Notes: a model not told the origin generated them from the sequence alone. A stretch of 64,000 nt of DNA from Lama guanicoe (GCA_013239625.1 MU053379.1:4705639-4769638); one strand, 5' to 3'. Shown: positions 26,403 through 39,149, numbered from the stretch's first letter. A program made the numbers and translations.

Positions 26403-28510
26403 GGGGCTGCCTCGCCTCTCGTGGAGCCGGCTGAGGCCTCGGTGTGGAAGGTCCTCTTTGCTCTGGTCTCCAGACTGGAAGCGGCGGCCGCAGCGAGACG
26501 CAGAGGGTCCGGGTGGAGGGGGAAGGGGCCTGGATCCCGTGCCTGCTGTGACGCGCTGCACACACATGAGGCTCCCTCGGGCTCTGGCGGAGGGTGGGTT
26601 CAATGCTGCCTGAGACGGGGCTGAGCGGCCGCTCATCCCCAGGCTAGAGCCCAAGCTGCGGGCGCGGGGAGGCAGAGTGGGGACGACAGAGGCGCGGGAG
26701 ACGCTCCGAGGACCGCAGCACCTGGTCGTTCGAGGCCCTGCACACAGGACACAGCCTCCTGTGCCTGAACCGGAGCGGGCGTGCTGTGGGTCGGCCCCGA
26801 GCGACACCCGACGCTCGAGGTGTTGGGAAGACACTGACTGAGCTCAGAAGCCTTCGGTCCAGTGGCAGGTGGCGGAACCACACGCTTCAGAAAGATTTCC
26901 ATGCAAATGTTTAACTGCAGTTGTGAGACCACAGTAAGTTTCTCTCATCTACAACATTCAGTTCCTTGCTGATGCAGGATGTAACTATGTTTCTCCAGTT
27001 TCATTATTAAAACAAAAACTGGGCTGGGGTCCTCTGGGTTCCATCCTTCAGTGCAACTGTGGCTGGAGGAGCTCCGTGGAGCGCAGGCTGGGGACGCCGG
27101 ACGTGCCCTGGCACTCAGGGCGTGAGTCCGGGATGGCCATGAAGCAGAGGAGCGATGGTTCTCTAGTCGAGGACGGTGGCTCGGTGGCTGGGTCCCCCAG
27201 GTCTCCTGGGTCCCTCTGACCCTGTGCCCCACACCTGGCTTGGGCTCTGGCGGCTGCACCTGCAGCTTCCTTCCAGGATAGCCAGTGGGGACGGCATCCT
27301 CAGGGCGCTGAGCAGAAGTGCTTGGGGTCCACACCCGTGCGGCAGTGGTCCTGCCAGACTGCGGGGACACAGGAAAGCCGGGCCCCTGTCCTCAGGGAAG
27401 GATGGACTCAGGGGCGATCAGGGCTCTGGAGCTCCCCGCAGGCCAGGCTGCGCCCGGGACGCGGTCCCGCCTTGCTGGGCAACGTCCCCATGCTCCTGCC
27501 TCTCCCTCCTGCTTCCTCCCCACCCCCTCCCCCGATTCTCAGCCTTCCCGCCCCCCAGTAAAACACTGCTCAGTGTCAGCTCCAGGGGAGCCTGACCTCG
27601 GCCAGGAGGGGCAGACGATTAAGTTGGGAGCAGAGTCCCCGCTTTCGCTCAAAACGCAGGGTCTTTTCTGCTTCATTTTAACGAAGCCAAGCCCCTGAAG
27701 GTTAGTCTCAGTCCCAGCGTCCTGTCTCTTTTCCACAAAGCCTTGACGTGGCATCGGGTCGAGGGCGGGAAGGCCCGAAGCCTCGTGGCTCTGCTGTGTC
27801 TGAGGCTGTCTGGGGGTCACAGGCCAGACACAGATGCACGGGGCAGGCGGCCGACCGCTGCATGGGTCCTGATCCCAGCGTCACGATAAACCCGGCAGGT
27901 GTTCGAGTCTGACCTTCAGTTTGAGAATCCCGGTGTCTGCAAACTTGTCTCATCATGTATCGCTGCAGGTAGTAGCTGTAATCGTGTGCCATGACGTCTG
28001 CGTGTGTGGGTGGACTCTGAGCTGGGACCTACATTTAAAACACACGAGAACAGACACAGAGGACGTTTAAACATTGAACTTACTACCAGTGGCGCAGGGT
28101 CTCTTACTAACGAGGCTGTGTTTCAGCAAGAGCAGTAGGCCAAGTATGCGTCAAACGTTCTGAAAAAAACGCTGACATTCCACGACAGAGCGACTTGGGG
28201 TATATTTTAATCGACTAGTTTTGATACCTGGTCTCAAATGTCCTCCAGGTATAAAGCGCCACTCCTGCCCTCAGAGCCCTGACACCCACGTTCAGTCCCG
28301 TCTCCCCGTCACATGAAGGGGTTTATTTTGCTGTAAATTTCTGCCCTCCGTGTTGACTCCACGTACGACCTTATAACCCACAGAATCTTTTCATCTAGAA
28401 GATTTTTAAAGTTTGAATAACATATGCAGGTAGGACTGACATTGAAGTGGTATGTGTCTGTCATTTGCAGTAATAAAACGACATGACAATCAGATGTTTC
28501 CAGTGTCCAT

Positions 28511-28970
28511 TCACGGCGCCTCTCCCGCCCGCGGTGAGTTCTCCTGAAGGAGTGGCTTCTCCGGACTCCCTGTCAGAGCAGCGCCCGGGGCGGGCGGACT
28601 GGGTCGACTCTGCCCGGAGCTGCCGGCTGACCAGCTGGCCGGGGAGTCGGCCACACTGTTCTTCGGTGATAGAAGCCCATTGGTCCAGGGAGCTTGTGGG
28701 ACGGGGGACGGGAAGCCCTGCGCCGTCTGCTGAGGGGGCGACCCCGCCGCCCCGAGCTGCAGGGCGGTGGACCAGCGCCCCGCTCCCGGCTCGTGCTGGG
28801 CAGAGGGGGCCATGCAGGCGGGAGAGGCGGCAGCTCGCGGCTCGCGCTGGGCAGAGGGGCCGTGCAGGGAGGGGGGCGGCAGCGGCGAGGCCGCCTGCGC
28901 TGGGCTTTCCTGCACCGACGTGCGGGTCTGCTGCAGGAGCCGGAAGTATCGGGAGAACCGCTGCAACCGC
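28511..28970 (-). CDS. Candidate terminal coding exon of an uncharacterised 193-aa protein (phase 2 acceptor, TGA at 28513-28511)
   Basis: Acceptor ...tgaaatgcag|G at 28970. The open frame reads RLQRFSRYFRLLQQTRTSVQESP...RAGEAP*. A minus-strand AATAAA lies at 28322-28327. No homologue recognised. Confidence 0.3.
28782..28883. repeat. Imperfect ~51-bp tandem duplication
   Basis: gctcccggctcgtgctgggcagagggggccatgcagg... is followed by gctcgcggctcgcgctgggcagaggggccgtgcagg... Confidence 0.85.
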
Positions 28971-29449
28971 CTGCATTTCAGCCCAGGAGCAAGAAGGAAC
29001 CTCATACACGCGAAGTCAGGAGCAAGAGGGAAGGGGAGCGGCTCCCCACGGGGCCCCCGCATGCACCACCCTCAGTCGCGAGCTTTGTTTATGTCGAGGG
29101 ATTCAGAAGGTTTGATTTCCCCCAAATTATCCTTCACGACAATACCCCAGTGATGCAGGCCCCGCGGCTGGAGCACTAGACCCCAGGAAGCACTGTCTCG
29201 GGGGTCCCAGGATCTCCGCGGATACAACGTGAGGCACTGTGCCGGCTCTCAGCCGCCGCCCACTCATCGCAGCCCCGCCGGGAGCTGTGCGGGACTCGGG
29301 TTGTTCTGGGCAGGACCTCCTGCGCGGCCCCTCCTGAGACTTCGCCCCACACCTGCTCCCGCAGGGCCCTCCCCTCCGTCAGGCCGGCGCCCCGAGCCCT
29401 CCGCCGCCGCCGCTCACAGACCAGCACGCGGGACCCAGAGGGTTCTCAC

Positions 29450-29571
29450 CTCGCTTTCGCTTTCGCAGGCTCTGTTTTCCCCTGAAATAGATGCTTTGTT
29501 TGCGCTGTCTTTAACTTAGCCTGGGGACTGTAGGTTTTCTTTTGGAACAGATTTCCAAGCAATTTAAACAT
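29450..29571 (-). CDS. Candidate first coding exon (MFKLLGNLFQKKTYSPQAKLKTAQTKHLFQGKTEPAKAKA) of the same protein
   Basis: A strong acceptor (ttttatttctcaatctgctccgtgtttacag|) lies at 29598, ATG at 29571, and donor GAG|GTGAGA at 29450. It ends in phase 2, matching the 28970 exon. The Kozak context is weak. Confidence 0.3.
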
Positions 29572-30014
29572 TTACACACGTAGCTTCTCTCTGAAGCACT
29601 GTAAACACGGAGCAGATTGAGAAATAAAACAACCCGGCACCTCGCGGCAGGAAGGCGGGAGCAGCAGGCGTGTGCCGTGTGGAGGAACTACTGTGGGGGC
29701 AGCCACGGCCCGTGGTCGCCGGTGTCAGGTGGCTGCTGGGGCTCGTGTGGGGCTCAGCTGCCCTCATGAGGGCCCCTTACCCTCATCTGGGGCTGCGGGC
29801 ACTGGCGCCCTGTGCCTTCACCTAGTCCTGCACAGCGGCGCCCAGCATCCCAGACCAGGGCCGCGTCACTGACGCCCTCCGTAACCTAATCTCCGCGGGG
29901 GCATCGGGGGTCGCTCTGGAACGACCCAGTCCTGCCTGTTGAAGCCCCACTAAAAAGCGGTTCTTGAGCCCCGTGGACTCCCATGGCCTCCTCCCTCCCA
30001 TCTAGCCTCTGACA

Positions 30015-30140
30015 CGTTGCTCTTTGTGCCCTGTGTGGCCACCGGTTACATGCACTGCCTTGCTGAGTCCTCAGAACGCCCTATGACGTGCGACTCTGAG
30101 ATGAGGCTCCGGAGCGGCCAGGGCTGCTTGGCCCCGTCAC
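30015..30140 (-). mobile_element. Degraded MIR fragment
   Basis: ttacatgcactgccttgctgagtcctcagaacgccctatga...tgaggctccggag resembles the reverse MIR core. Confidence 0.45.
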
Positions 30141-31167
30141 CCCTGCCCACCCAGATTCTCCTGGCGTTTTCCTTCCCTGACTCCACGCCCGGAAACCTGC
30201 TGATGAAACCTGCTGAAAACCTAGCCAACAGGGTGCCTTCGGCATGGCGCCTGAGAAGGCATGGCCGGCGCGTGCCTCGTGGAGCCGAGGTGGGTTCCAG
30301 GCATCACCCTGTGCACCAGGCAGGTGCTCTGTGTCCAGCCCTCAGCCTCTGGACTCGCTCTTCCTGTCCTGAGAGCAGGTGCAGGCCACCTGGCCCCAGT
30401 GGGGACGGGCCAGGGCGGCGAGGAGCCAGCGGCTCTGCGAGCAGCCCTCAGCCCACGGCCTCCCCGACAAAGATGCCACATCCCCTGCCCTTCCCGGGCC
30501 CCACTCAGTGAGGACACGCCTCATCCGATCCCTCGTCCTGCACACCGTCTCCTGGCTCACCTCCTGCACTCGCATCTGCCAGCGCCTCTCGTGGGAGCCC
30601 AGCCTCGGACAGCAGCTCCCACAGGACAGGCCGCCTCTGGGGTTCAGGCGGACGGGGTGGAGCCTGCCAGCCTTCCGTCTGCGAGGGCCTCCCGGGGTCA
30701 AACTTCTTCCCAAATAGTTCCTCCCTCCGGGTCAGCAGGCCCCTTTTAGGGGTTGGCTGGATGCTGACGGCTCACACACGTTCACCAGAGAGGGGAGGGA
30801 GGCTGATGGCCGGGATGGGTGGGTGATCACCGAAACTACCAGGGAGGGGTGGGTGGACGAGTGAAATAATCGGAGAAAAGTTAAGGCATTGTACGGTGTG
30901 GACTGGCCCCCACCAGCCCATGGACAGGGTTCCGACTCCCAGCTGGAGGCGCTTGCTCCCCCGACACCTGCTGGACTCCAGCCGAGGTGGGAACAGGACG
31001 GGGCGCCTCACAGCACAGGGCCAAGACGTCTAAAGTCGTAAAGCGATAAGCTACCAAACAAGCTTCGGCCTGACCTCCGACCTCACATTTGCCCCAGCAG
31101 TGATTTAGAAAGACGCCTGTAAGCTGTGCGTTTTTCAGAAGTAGCGTAACCGCGTTTGATACTTCCT

Positions 31168-31275
31168 GTATTTTTCATTATTGAAGTCTCATTGACTTAC
31201 AGATTTGTGCTAGTTTTAGGTGAACAGTATAGTAATTCAGTATTTCTGTAGATTTTATGACTAAAAGTTGACGAG
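31168..31275 (-). mobile_element. 5'-truncated L1 3' end
   Basis: ttattgaagtctcattgacttacag...gctagttttaggtgaacagtatagtaattcagtattt matches the laurasiatherian L1 tail. Confidence 0.75.
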
Positions 31276-33515
31276 ACACCAGAAGCGGCTGCGTCAGTCA
31301 CTGAACGTGTCTGAATGGCCCGTTTGTGGACGGTGATGTTCACCTTCATTTCAGCAAAGTTAAGACTGGGTTTCTGGCGGCTTTAACTGCCTTCCGAATG
31401 TGTCGTGAACCGGTCGTCAGGGCAGAAAGTTGTGCTTCCGTCTGACCCGTCTCCAGCCCCAGGACTCCCCTCTGTCCCGCCAGCTCCTGAACGCCTAGAT
31501 TCTGGGCTGAGAGCCGACCCCAATGCCCCCCTCTCCCGCCACCTTCTTTGTCCTTCCCTGTGATAATCTCTCCACTCGACATGCCTTTACCGCAAAATGA
31601 TCCTTTAGGGCTGAATGGCTGGATTCATTCATGAACTGCTCGGGAAGCCCCTGCCTGACTCCCCTGAAGGCTGCACTCTCGTCTTCCGGGGCGTTTCCAA
31701 GCACCTTTCATCGCACAAACACCCTTTATCCCAGCAGTTCTCAGGCTGTTTAATGACCTGCTTCCCCAACCAGACGGCAGGTCCCGGAGGGCGGGCGGGA
31801 GCAGCCCCTACTCAGAACTGCATCTGCAGACTCCGCCACGCTCCTTAGACTCTGGTCCCTGAAAAGGCACCTGCAGAGGTGAATGAATAACTGGGGCTCC
31901 GAAAGCGATGTCCTCATCACTTCAGTACTGAAAATTCAGTTTTCTGTCCTGGAAACTTTAGAACAGAATAGAAATCAGAGTGCGGGTGGGAAAAGGAGGG
32001 GGGCGGTAAAGACAGATGGACGCTTCTATGTTAAGGCTCCGCTGTGCATGGAGTTTTTGAGATGCACTTTCCCAATTAAGGACAACAGAAATAAGACAAG
32101 AGCCGGACTCCTTTCCTGCCTTTGGCCAAACATCCCGGGTTCGCCGTCTCAGGTGGGCTCCAGTTCACTACTGAGTGCTCCTCAGTGCGCGGAACTGTTA
32201 CGATAGATGAGGTGGCCACACGGGGTGAGCCTGCATCCCCGCTCACCTGCTGATGACATGAAACACCCCAGAGGCCTCATGGCAAAGCCCCGGGACCGTG
32301 GGCCTTGGTCCCAGCCTGGATCCTTTCTAGGTGGGTCTGAAGTCCAGAGCGATGTGGGCAGCTTGAAACCTCTGTGCATCAAAGGGTAATGAACAGTCCC
32401 CACTGCTCCATGTCTGTCACTCACAATCACCTGCTCTACAGTCTCAGGGCAGCCACCAGGAAAGGCTCCTGCGTGCGGGTCCCCGGGGCCCACGTGTGCC
32501 CGGAGACACTGGTGGCTTCCCTGGGGCTGGGGCCCAAGATGGCCGGCAGGTGTGTGGGCTGTTGGCTCGGGCACCTCGTGCCCTCCAGGCAGCCTCTCCA
32601 CAGGGAGGCCAGGGCTACGAGAGCGTGGGGGTGAGGACCTCTGCTCTGGGGTGTGCAGGGCACCACCTCCCACACCCGTCAGTCAGAGCAGGGCCAGGGA
32701 GCGCCCAGGGTCGGGGGGAGAGGCTCCTGATGAGGGAGAGGCAGCACCACACTGCAGCGGGGGCCTGGACTGGACGACCTGCCACCACACAGACCCGGTC
32801 AGTGCAGGCAGTCTTCACTGACCCAGGGCAGCACCAGCTGGGGCCCGGGGCAAAGCAGGGGTTCACAGCATCCCCAGCCGCTGCGATGGTAGCAGAGCTG
32901 GAGTGAGGCACTGGATCAAGATGGAAGCCTCCTTCCGCCCAAGCCTGCATGCACACCACACGTGCCCCAGACAGGAGACCTGTTTAGAGTCTGAGCTGGT
33001 TCCTGAAACACGTGTCTCCCGCCATCCCTGGAAAGGGCCGGCACAGGGGGCAGGGAAAGGGAGAGTTCAGGGCTGGAATCGGCAGGGCCAGGCAGTCAGG
33101 CGGCGATGTCTGCGGGGATGGAGAAGCTACCGTGGAAGGAGGTCTCTGATCCCGGCTCGGGGCCACGGGAGGGTGGCCGCCACGTGCTCCAGCCTAACGC
33201 TGCTCACTCTATCAGTGTGTAAGATCAGGAGTGACAGGCAGAAGACAAGTGTGTCTTAACACGTCAGGGTTTTGTTTTTTTTTTTAAAGGCCCTACATTT
33301 TAGAAGCACCAGGAAGCCCACGGCTCCCAGTCCGACATCACTTGGCTTTGGTGGCTATGGTGTCAGGAGTCGTCCTGGCCACAGGGTGTTTGTATTTCTC
33401 ATGCGTGGAGTCGGGCTGGCTTCTCTGAGTGACCGATGACCTCGTGATGCCGGAACGGGCGGCAGAGGACCTGGGCTGTGCACTGCTCCCCTCTGGCTGG
33501 ACTGGAATCAGTGGC

Positions 33516-33566
33516 GAAAGGCTGGGGTCCCCCATAGAAAGGCTGGGGTCCCCCATAGAAAGGCTG
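33516..33566. repeat. Perfect 21-bp tandem duplication (gaaaggctggggtcccccata x2.4)
   Basis: Directly visible. Confidence 0.95.
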
Positions 33567-36500
33567 AGGCCCCAAGACCGCTTCTTCACTTCCATGGCGA
33601 CGTATTAACGTGGTGCCTACAGGCTGACAGAAAGTTGAACTTGGTGAGTGAGTTGCTCGTGTCCGTGAACAGGCGGCAGCTTCATCCTGGGAAGCCCACT
33701 AACTTGAAATCCCAGCAAACCCACGCCTGTCGAAGGGCCGCTGCCTCGGCGCCTGCCGGCCGTGCTCTGCTCAGCCTGGGCCAGCGGGGGCGCTGCTCAC
33801 GCGGCATCCTCGGACGCGCGGCCTCTCCCTTTGCACGTCAGCTCTGCCTCCCGCACCTCTCAGGGCAGAAAGCACTTTGCTAATGGAATGAGGGCTTCCT
33901 GGTCAGATGCCAGCAATGATCCAATAACCCCCCAGAGACTGAACCAAACCCAGCCTCCTTCTGAGCTGAAGTGTTATTGCCAAGCTCACTTCTGCTCCGT
34001 CCCCAGAAGATCCTGTTCCTGACAAGAAAACGCCATTGGCATTTTTCTCTTTTTGACCCAAAGACAGAGGTGGTTTTTCCCAAAGTCGGTAGAAATGATG
34101 CCAGTTGGACTGTTTTTTTTGAGATGAGCCACAGGCAATGTTATTGTGTGTTGACATGTTTTGCCAAAAGCTGGAAAGAACTTTTTAATAAGGCAGAATG
34201 TGGTACTTGCATCACTCGGGCAGTGATCTCAGAATACATTCATTAAATGATCATAAGACACTCCTCTGAATCTATTACTTAAACACAGGAGATAAAACTC
34301 TCTCTTCTTGATGCAGCTCCTGATGGCGCGTAGGACGGAGACTTGTGGCTGAAACGGACATTCCTTGGGCCGTGAAGAAATGACACAACACAATACAGAT
34401 TCACCCAGGAGAAAGCAGTGACCGCTCAGAGAAAACGTTGTTTTCTTCACCGCGACTGGAGGCCAGAGGTGCCTCCGCAATGATGCCATTTCCAACCAGA
34501 AATAGCGTCTTACTCAGTCTTGTCGGAGGTGGACGCCCTGCTGAGCACAGCAGGAAAGCCACAGCCCTGGGGCAGAGACTCAGCCGCTCCCCTTGCCAGG
34601 CGGTCCTCGTTCTGAGATAAGGAGGTCAGGCTGGGATCACGGCGGGGGATGCTCAGAGCAGATGGTGTCCTTTTATCCTCCTGAGCCTGACGGCAGGTGG
34701 CACCGTGGTGTCAGTGTCCAGGTGCTGAGACAGGGTTGCCCGGCAGGGGTCACGTGTGAAAGCACAGCCAGCAGAAGGGGGAGGAAGCGCCACCTGTCTC
34801 AGAGGCAGGACCAAGCCTCCCCTCCCCATGCCCCGTGTCCGTCCCCAGGGCAGCACCTGAGCAGCAGGTGGGGGTGGCAGCCTGCAGGGTCCTGAGGCTC
34901 TGGCTCTCCCACACCCCCTCCCCAAGAGGGAGAAGTCCGTGCGGTCAGAAGAGGAGCCCAGCGCCCAGAGTCCTGCTCCTGTCTCTGCTCAGCAAACGTG
35001 AAGCAGCTCTCCTCCGACGCAGGGTTAGTGATCTGAGCAACAGTGTATCTTCCCCACGGGCAGGGTGGGGCTCGCATCTCCTGTGCCGGAGGTCTAATGG
35101 CTCAGCGTCCTGGAGTGCCGGCGGGGCGCTGACCACAGGGCTTTGTGTTCAGTCCGTTGTCCAGGGTGGCAGACCCCAACCGGCACGGCTGGCCGGGTGA
35201 CCCCGAGGACCGGCCCCCGGAAGCTTGTGACAGCCAAGGGCTGGGAACAGGACTCACACTTTGCACCCTGGGTGCTGTCATCCGAGGCACTGCAGGCAGG
35301 GTCAGGACCCAGCCTAGCCCTGCAGCCAGTGAGATGGGACTCGGTCTTGAATCAGTGGTGCCACCAGGCAGACAGCCTCCAACACGACCAGAAATAATCA
35401 GTGAAGAAGAGTACTTGTAACTCGCGAGGCGGAGGACGAAGGACGTGGAGACGCAAGAATGGCTGCGCATCAAACACAAAAAATAAACCCCCGATCATGA
35501 GGCAGAAGGGGACGCAGCTGGCGCAGGACCTCGGCCCCGTCCACGCGCTCCCCCGGGGGCACGCCCTCCGGCTCCCTACCAGGGTGCGTGCTCCCCCGCG
35601 CTCAGCTGAGCGGACCCCGGGCCAGGCGCCCGCAGACGCAGGGCCCCAGGACCCTCGTCCCCCCCGCATCCGCCTGTGGAGACAGGACGGCGCTCCTCTT
35701 CAGAGCCTTTGCCCCCCACAACGGGCTGGCCCAGCCCTGCAGAGAACACGGAGGGCTGAAGGATGACACTTGGGTCTTGCCGGCTGTGAACCAGGACCGC
35801 CCCTTTCCCAGAGCAGAGCGAGGGCGACCGTGGCTGAAGTCAGACCCTGCTCGCACGTCGAGGACACACAGACACCTGGAATGTTCACACCTGCGGCAAA
35901 CAGCCATGCCTGGGCCACACCTTGGCCTGGAGGTGCACTGAGCGTGGGCCCAGGCTGTCTAGAGGGTCCTGGGCTCTGGGCTCTGGGAGGTGGGTGCCGG
36001 CTCCAGGCGGGCAGGTCCCTGGGAGCGTGGGCTCCGTGAACTGTGGGGAGGGGGGCCTCTAAACTGTGGGGCACAGGGCAGAGCCCCTCGTCCGGCCAAC
36101 GGGGCTGCTGCCTCCCCGTGTCACGGGCTCGGGCCTCTTCCCCTGTGGCCACTTCTCCATCGTGAGGAGAGGGTGACACCGTCTCACGGCACTTCTTGTC
36201 ACAAAGTGTGGGATTCTGTCATCCATCCCGGCTCAAGGATGACTGTGGAGGAAGAGAAACCGCTCTCTAAGTACACTGTCCCCCAGGGCCGCTTTGGGCC
36301 GAGACTCAGACTTGTGTGCACAGAGCAGGGGGGAGGCGCTGGTTTCAGGAGGGAGGGACGTCGAGGGAGCCACTCACACAGCAGCTCAGGAAGAGAACCG
36401 CTTCCACCCGGCTTCCCCTCCAGCGCCTACCACCCCGCCATTGCCCCCAGGGAGCCTGCCATGTCTGAATGCATCCTGCATCCCCCCCCAAGGGGCTGCA

Positions 36501-38319
36501 CTTCAGTGCTAGAGGGCAGGCCCTTCAACGTTTTACGCTAACAGTTAAGCCGGTTTAACTCTTCCTTAACTGAAACATTTCTGTTGTCAGGGATTCGCCA
36601 AAGCCGAGTGTTGACTTAATGGAGGCCCCCCACACAGCTCAGCCAGGCGCCTATTAGCAGGGGGTCGAGTCAATAGGACCACCCCAGGGCCGGGGGTCGG
36701 GGATGGTGCGGGGCCCTGAGCCAGGCACTGCGGCTGTGCAGGGTCCAGGAGGAAGCAAGGAGGCGGGGGCGGGGCTCAGAGAGCGTTCTCAGGAAAGCAG
36801 AGGAGGAACAGGTCATTCATCTCTAATCCCAGTCTCAGCCCAAGGTGGCCTCGGGGGACAGCTGATAAATCTCCCGCAGGAAACGCCCACGAGGAGCTGG
36901 CCTGCCCTGCTAGGGAAGGTGGGGGGACACTTCCGAATAAGGGAGCTCATTCCACCGAAACACAAAAGCTCCAGAGCAGACATTTTTCATGTTGACATAT
37001 CCTTGGGCTACTCCTCTTGCCTGGTATTGTTTAATTTCAGAGCTTGCCAGAGTGAAAAACAAAAAAATGAACCAGAATAAAAAGAAGGAAGGAAGGGGGT
37101 TCAGGCCCCAGAGGTGAGTGCCCCCCCAACACCTGCAGTGCCCCCCCCAGGATGCAGAGCCGGGAGGCCCAGCCGGCTGGATGCTCAGCACAGGGTCTCC
37201 AGGTGGTGGGCCCAAGTTCACCCTCCGGGCTGCACAAAAATAACAGAACCTCCACTGAGATTTTCACCTCAGCCGCTTAAATATTCCATCCTAACGCCGC
37301 ACGCTTTATAAGGTGCCCATTACGAAGTAAGCTGCATCCAGGAGTCCAAGGCCCTGAGGCCAGTGCACACACCGAGGGCTGCCTCACAGCAACGCTGACC
37401 ACGTGGGCCTGGGGCCTGGGCTTGGAAGGTCGCTGGAAAGCCACATGTGGGCTTGGGGGCTTCTGCAGTGGCTCGGAGCCTCTGGGCATCAGCAGGCGTG
37501 GGGCTGCCCTTGCCTGTGCACGGCCCCGGGACCCAAGCACCGGGGGAGGAAGGGGCCAGAAGGGAGTGTGCAGGGCACTCTGCCCGTCTGCGTGGACCGC
37601 TGCAGCTAACAGTGCCTGCAGACTCGCATCCGCCAGCTCGCTGATGGGATAAAGAGGGCTCCCCACCACCTGTCTCCTCACCGACGTTTACCAAGCGGAA
37701 AAGCAGGAGTGCTCCCTCAGCGGGGAGACTCCTGTCTGTGGTTTCTCGCTGCCGGAATCATAAGCCGTTTGTGCCTGAACTGAGCAGAAACCCTCCCCAC
37801 GTGCTCTGCACCTGCGAGACGGCCTCCCTCATGCCTGCCTGGAACCCGGGCCCTCGCTCTGGGGCCGTAAGGAGAAGTTCTCCTGGGAGGCAGAGCAGGG
37901 GGCAGGCTGTTCCCTGCTCTATGGGGTGAGGCCGACCAGAGCCCGCTGCTCTGGCTTTCCCATCAGAGGACACTGGGCAGCGGTCCTATCAGGCATCTTC
38001 CTTCCCTTTTCAGATGGAAAAGAAAATATACTGTCACGACCAGGCTCACGGCACCAGAAGGAAGGAGCCTTCTGCTGCAGAAACAGGTGGAAGTTGACCC
38101 TTCCTCCACTGCCACAAACCTGATCATCTGAGGTCTCTGACCCCTCGCCCGCTGCCCCTGCCCGTGTGGCTGTGTGCTCCACGTCATCCCCCAGGACCCC
38201 AGCCAGCACCCCTGAGGTCTGTGGCTGACCCTCCGTACTTCCCAACACCGCCGGCCTTTCTCCCCCTTCACTGCCCATCATTCCGCATGCGGGTCCAAGG
38301 GCAGAGTCTTGACCGCACC

Positions 38320-38415
38320 TCTTAACCTGAGACCAGAAACTTAAATTCTCTGCCTTGGCTTCTTGGCCTGTAAAATGGCAACAATGTGCCTCCTCGGGAG
38401 GGCATTAATGCAGAC
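38320..38415 (+). mobile_element. MIR core fragment
   Basis: acttaaattctctgccttggcttcttggcctgtaaaatgg resembles acttaacctctctgagcctcagtttcctcatctgtaaaatgg. Confidence 0.5.
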
Positions 38416-38759
38416 CTGCCCTAGAGCTGCCAGGACAGAGCCAGCCCGCCCCGGTCCCCGCATCCCCCGTGTCCCCTGCATCCCCCATGTCCCCCGCAGC
38501 CCTCGCCTCCTTTCGGGTGAGGTCATTCAGCCCTCAGCTCTGGGGCAGGAAATCTGGGAGGCGGCACCTCCTGTCCCCACCTCTGTGCGGTGCTCTGGCC
38601 TCACCCCTCCTTTCCGACTGAGCATCCTGGAGACCCTCTGAGCCTGCATGTAATCCCCTCCCCAAGGCCCCGCCTCAAGACCCTCAGCTGCTCCTGCTCC
38701 TGGTCTCAGGTGCTGGCCGGCCCCCAGCCAGATCCATCCGGGAACCTCAGACATTCCCT

Positions 38760-38935
38760 TTATTTTACTTTTTTAAAATTTTTTGGGGGGGTAATTAGGT
38801 TTACCTATTTAATTTGCATTCCTTTTTTATTGAAGTGCAGGTATTTATTTATTTTTTAATGGCGGTGCTGGGGACTGAAACCAAGACCTCATGCATGCCA
38901 AGCACGCCCTCTACCACTGAGCTGCCGGCCTCCCT
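38760..38935 (-). mobile_element. Camelid tRNA-derived SINE with a degenerate target-site duplication
   Basis: ggtaattagg tail plus head ...gacctcatgcatgccaagcacgccctctaccactgagct. Flanks ctcagacattccct (38746) and ctcagacggtccct (38936) match 12/14. Confidence 0.9.
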
Positions 38936-39149
38936 CTCAGACGGTCCCTGTAATTATTCCCCAGTCCAGTTCTTCCCCAGGGCTTTGTAACTCACATGCC
39001 TCTTGACCTTTGAACCCTGCTCCCAATTTTTCAGAACCTGATTATCTCGCCTGGCCTCCCCACCCAAAGCGGTGGCCATGGAGGCCACCCTGCACACTGA
39101 TGGGCAGCATTCTCAAAGGGCAAAGCTGACCCCAGCCCCCGTCTTGGGC

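Larger units (their letters stand above)
28500..29450. promoter_or_regulatory. CpG-island-like segment with an ETS motif (CCGGAAGT, 28940-28947)
   Basis: Very dense CpG and GC boxes. The background is also CpG-rich, so specificity is limited. Confidence 0.35.

Noticed and set aside
28511-29571. Assigning CCDC27 from a vague remembered similarity (SPQAKLK ... SRYFR)
   Set aside because: The similarity is short and unverified, and no downstream coiled-coil exons or expected neighbouring genes were seen, so no symbol is given.
36910-37045. Minus-strand exon candidate after a long pyrimidine tract
   Set aside because: No convincing donor, and the phase needed to join the 40387 exon hits a stop almost immediately.
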